Positions 61,156 through 64,000 of a stretch of 64,000 nt of DNA are shown piece after piece. The translations under genes and the position numbers were made by a program. The notes beneath the pieces were generated by a model. That model made no database searches and had not been told where the DNA came from. It saw only the letters and a program-made list of their open reading frames with translations. Location: IMG/VR virus record IMGVR_UViG_2724679539_000005, positions 1 through 64,000 of that record; one strand, 5' to 3'. Position 1 is the stretch's first letter, and the number at the start of each line of letters is the position of its first letter. Source of the DNA: a virus. Taxonomy: Duplodnaviria > Heunggongvirae > Uroviricota > Caudoviricetes.

Positions 61156-61758
61156 AAGAAAATCAATAACTTAGCTTAACTTCTCTAAGAAATTGTATCT
61201 TCTGTTATCACTTACAAACGCCTATACGTTGTTATGGGCTTTGGTAGTGTAACACGTATGGGCGAGTAGTTCCCAGGCTCAACCTCGTAACAAGTTCCTT
61301 TGAAGCTGGAAGACGTGCCACCGTCTCTAAACCTTCTACCAAAACTCTTAGCAAGATGTTCCACACCTGGCGCGGTGTCCAATGATGCTACACGTCGTGA
61401 GACGTTGCAGAGGATAAACAGGCTAAATGATGGGAAGAGTTTTAAGTGCAATAGTGGATTAAAGCCCACCTCTTCAAAACCTAACTTGATCGGGAAAGAA
61501 TCAAGCTCTAGCACGGTTTCGTCCACCGGAGTACAACGGGTGCCTGATAAGAGAAGAACTGCTAAGACTTCATAGCTTTTGTGAAAAAGCCCTTTTTAGT
61601 GGATACGCCTACGGCGCTTATTTTTTGGTATAACCATCAAAGGCGCTTTATGGCTCCTATTGTCTTGAAAATGTATCTTTACTTGTATTGTGTTTTATGC
61701 GTAGTCTCCCTGTGTAGTATGTAACTTGTTAATTTTCATATGAATACAGAGGCACACG

Positions 61759-61911
61759 ATGAAAAACATTGCAGCTATCAAACGTAATAACCGCAAGATT
61801 CACGCTCGTAAGTTCCTGTCTACGCCAGAGGGAAAAGCCTGGCTAGAACGTAAACAGCGAGAGAACGAAGAAAGAAAACTCCTTAGTGAGTTGAAATGGC
61901 TTAAGGATTGA
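61759..61911 (+). CDS. Hypothetical small basic protein (50 aa)
   Basis: AGAGG SD before ATG; not in ORF track (under 60 aa). Confidence 0.3.
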   Translation: MKNIAAIKRNNRKIHARKFLSTPEGKAWLERKQRENEERKLLSELKWLKD

Positions 61912-62530
61912 ATCACCAGTAGGCGCATAACACATCCAGCGATCAAAGATGTGTTTATGCACCTGATAGTGAAATTATTAAAGTCGTTTAGTTAACATCG
62001 CCATTGCTTGAGCAATAATTGCAACAGCGTCCATCTCTTCACTGGAAGCGATGCAAATGCGGTAACTAATAGCCACAACGAATACATCAATAACGAGAAA
62101 GTGAATAGTGTGAAGATGTTTTGAAAGTAAATGCATAACTTCCTCCGGTTTGTAGATAGGAGGATTAGAACACGCATTAAATGATGTTGCAACAATGGCA
62201 ATTTACCCTAATAGTCTACTATTCACCTCAATCTACGTCAACCAATATTTGATGTGGATTTAATTTTCTTTTAAAAACAATATGTTGCTATTTGTTGGGT
62301 TTTGGAGTTAGGTTGTTTTTTGGACGTTTCCATCAAGTGTAAAGATACGTCTAGCCTTCATAGTGAGTTCAGTTACTGTCTTTTTCTCTGAAATCGGCGC
62401 AAACGTGATCATCGCTTGAGGTTGCTGCTCTTACTTCTCAAATTGTGATGGAGAACGATAAAGGTTAGAGGGCACTTTTATTTTTTTAAGCAAGTGTATA
62501 GCATAAGAATAATCTAAAAAGGGAGGTTAT

Positions 62531-63082
62531 ATGCGCAGGTCTGCATTTGTGAGGATGATGATTTTTACAACGTTGTTTGTAGGGGGAGCTTCTACCGCAG
62601 TTGCTAAAAACTGCAAAAAAGGAATACCTTGTGGTAACTCGTGTATAGCTGTTGGTAAGACGTGCCGGATTGGCTCTTATGCCCCTTCATCTTATAAAAA
62701 TCATTCATACTCTTATCCTTCATCCTCTATTCGAAGCTCGCAATCAAATAATTCACGAAAAACTGAAGGAGTGAAAACGACTCCTGCTGCCAAAAATTAT
62801 CTTTGCCAATACTCTATTGCATCAATCGAAAACGGACGTTTAGGGGCATTACGTGTTCAGGGATACGCACAAGTAACTTTATATGCAGATAGCTTCAAGG
62901 CTAACAGATTAAATGGAACATATTTGATATCGCCAAAACTGTATGCTAACGGCAAGTTTATGATGGCAGATGATAAAAGCAAGGTTTATGCTTATGATTC
63001 TTGGCTATTAAATTTTGCAATAAGCGATCGTATCACAAGAACGACAGAACAATGGGATCGATGTAAGCTCAATCAAAAATAA
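62531..63082 (+). CDS. Hypothetical secreted protein (signal peptide, Cys-rich N-terminal region)
   Basis: N-terminal hydrophobic signal-like segment; GGAGG SD. Confidence 0.4.
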   Translation: MRRSAFVRMMIFTTLFVGGASTAVAKNCKKGIPCGNSCIAVGKTCRIGSYAPSSYKNHSYSYPSSSIRSSQSNNSRKTEGVKTTPAAKNYLCQYSIASIENGRLGALRVQGYAQVTLYADSFKANRLNGTYLISPKLYANGKFMMADDKSKVYAYDSWLLNFAISDRITRTTEQWDRCKLNQK

Positions 63083-64000
63083 CAGTTAGAGAAGCTCTTG
63101 TAGAGGCATTATTGAGTTATTGGTTTTAATATTTTTGTGCCTCTATGGGCTTTTTTTGCCTTTTTGCAATGTAGGAGAGAGCACAGGAATCGTTAAAATT
63201 AATTATTGGGGTATTTAAGGTTATTTTCAGGTGATTTAAGGGTATTAAACTTGATTTAATTGGTTAAAATATAAACAGATAGTTCTGTATCTTATTGATT
63301 TATAAGGTTATTTTTAAATAAAGGTAAATAAAAAATAAATAGCTATAAATACATCTTAATACCTATATCCCTTCCCTTATGGCTAGATTGCGAGAGGTGC
63401 TTAACGCGATTTTCAGCGCCCCCCGATCTGGAAAATCCAGAATCCCCAAATATCAGCAAGGAATTTCTTGCACAATCAACATCGTTTTTACCTATTAAAT
63501 CATTACACAGAAAGCCTTTCTGTAATGCCTCTCACTAAACTTTCACTAAACACGAGAATGATCGGTTTTATGTCGGATCTGATGCTAGAAACAGCACCAC
63601 GTCTCACAAGGGCTGTAAGCGATGAAACCAGTGTTTATGCGGGTGCGGGTCAAAATATAGGCCAAAATCCATTTAACATAATAATCGTAATATGCACTAA
63701 GGAACACATAGAACGCCTTGAATTGATGTATCAGGGGAAAAGTGATGGATTTTTTACGTAGGAGCACGAGAGGGCTTCTGTTGACTTTTGTATGTTATGA
63801 AATATAATTAAAGGTTTTTTTGTTTTTATCGTGTGATGTAGTGGATTACACAGGGGAATAGATTAAATGGTGTTCTGTTTATACAGGTTTATTTGTTAGA
63901 TCAACAATTTGGCATTTCTAAACAGATGTTTGAACGTTGCCAAATGTTTTGACAACACAAGAAAAGGGCTTGCTATGCCACGCATTACACGAAATAAGGC

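Overview
This window appears to hold two adjacent integrated mobile elements plus a short AT-rich flank, most likely in an Escherichia/Shigella chromosome (several proteins are near-identical to my recollection of lambda Exo, Bet, Gam, P and Ren). (1) Positions 1 to about 19362 are a P4/CP4-57-like integrative element: P4-family integrase at the window edge, AlpA, a KilA-C antirepressor, a C4/CI-like antisense RNA, an alpha-type primase-helicase with flanking iteron clusters, then an accessory region with several AT-rich genes of unknown function. (2) Positions 19363 to 61155 are a lambdoid prophage bounded by a 17-bp direct repeat, the right copy lying in a 3-prime tRNA-Thr-like fragment. It has lambda-type int/xis, exo-bet-gam, cI/cro/cII-like, O (with ori iterons), P, ren, nin genes, Q, phage-21-type lysis genes, lambda-type terminase/portal, a protease-capsid fusion and a P2-type contractile tail. 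(3) Positions 61156 to 64000 are AT-rich flank with small unknown genes. The strongest candidates for undescribed systems are unrecognised accessory cassettes: a two-gene operon (361-aa protein plus 4-TM protein) in the satellite cargo, a Hanks-type kinase pair in the rexAB position, a 472-aa moron at the ren-ninB junction, and a coupled 451-aa/705-aa pair. None could be assigned to a known family from memory. A second copy of the C4-like RNA with a different antisense loop sits in a repeat-flanked cassette in the prophage. All calls rest on reading the ORF translations and the DNA by eye; no database search was run, and coordinates of non-CDS features are approximate to a few bases.
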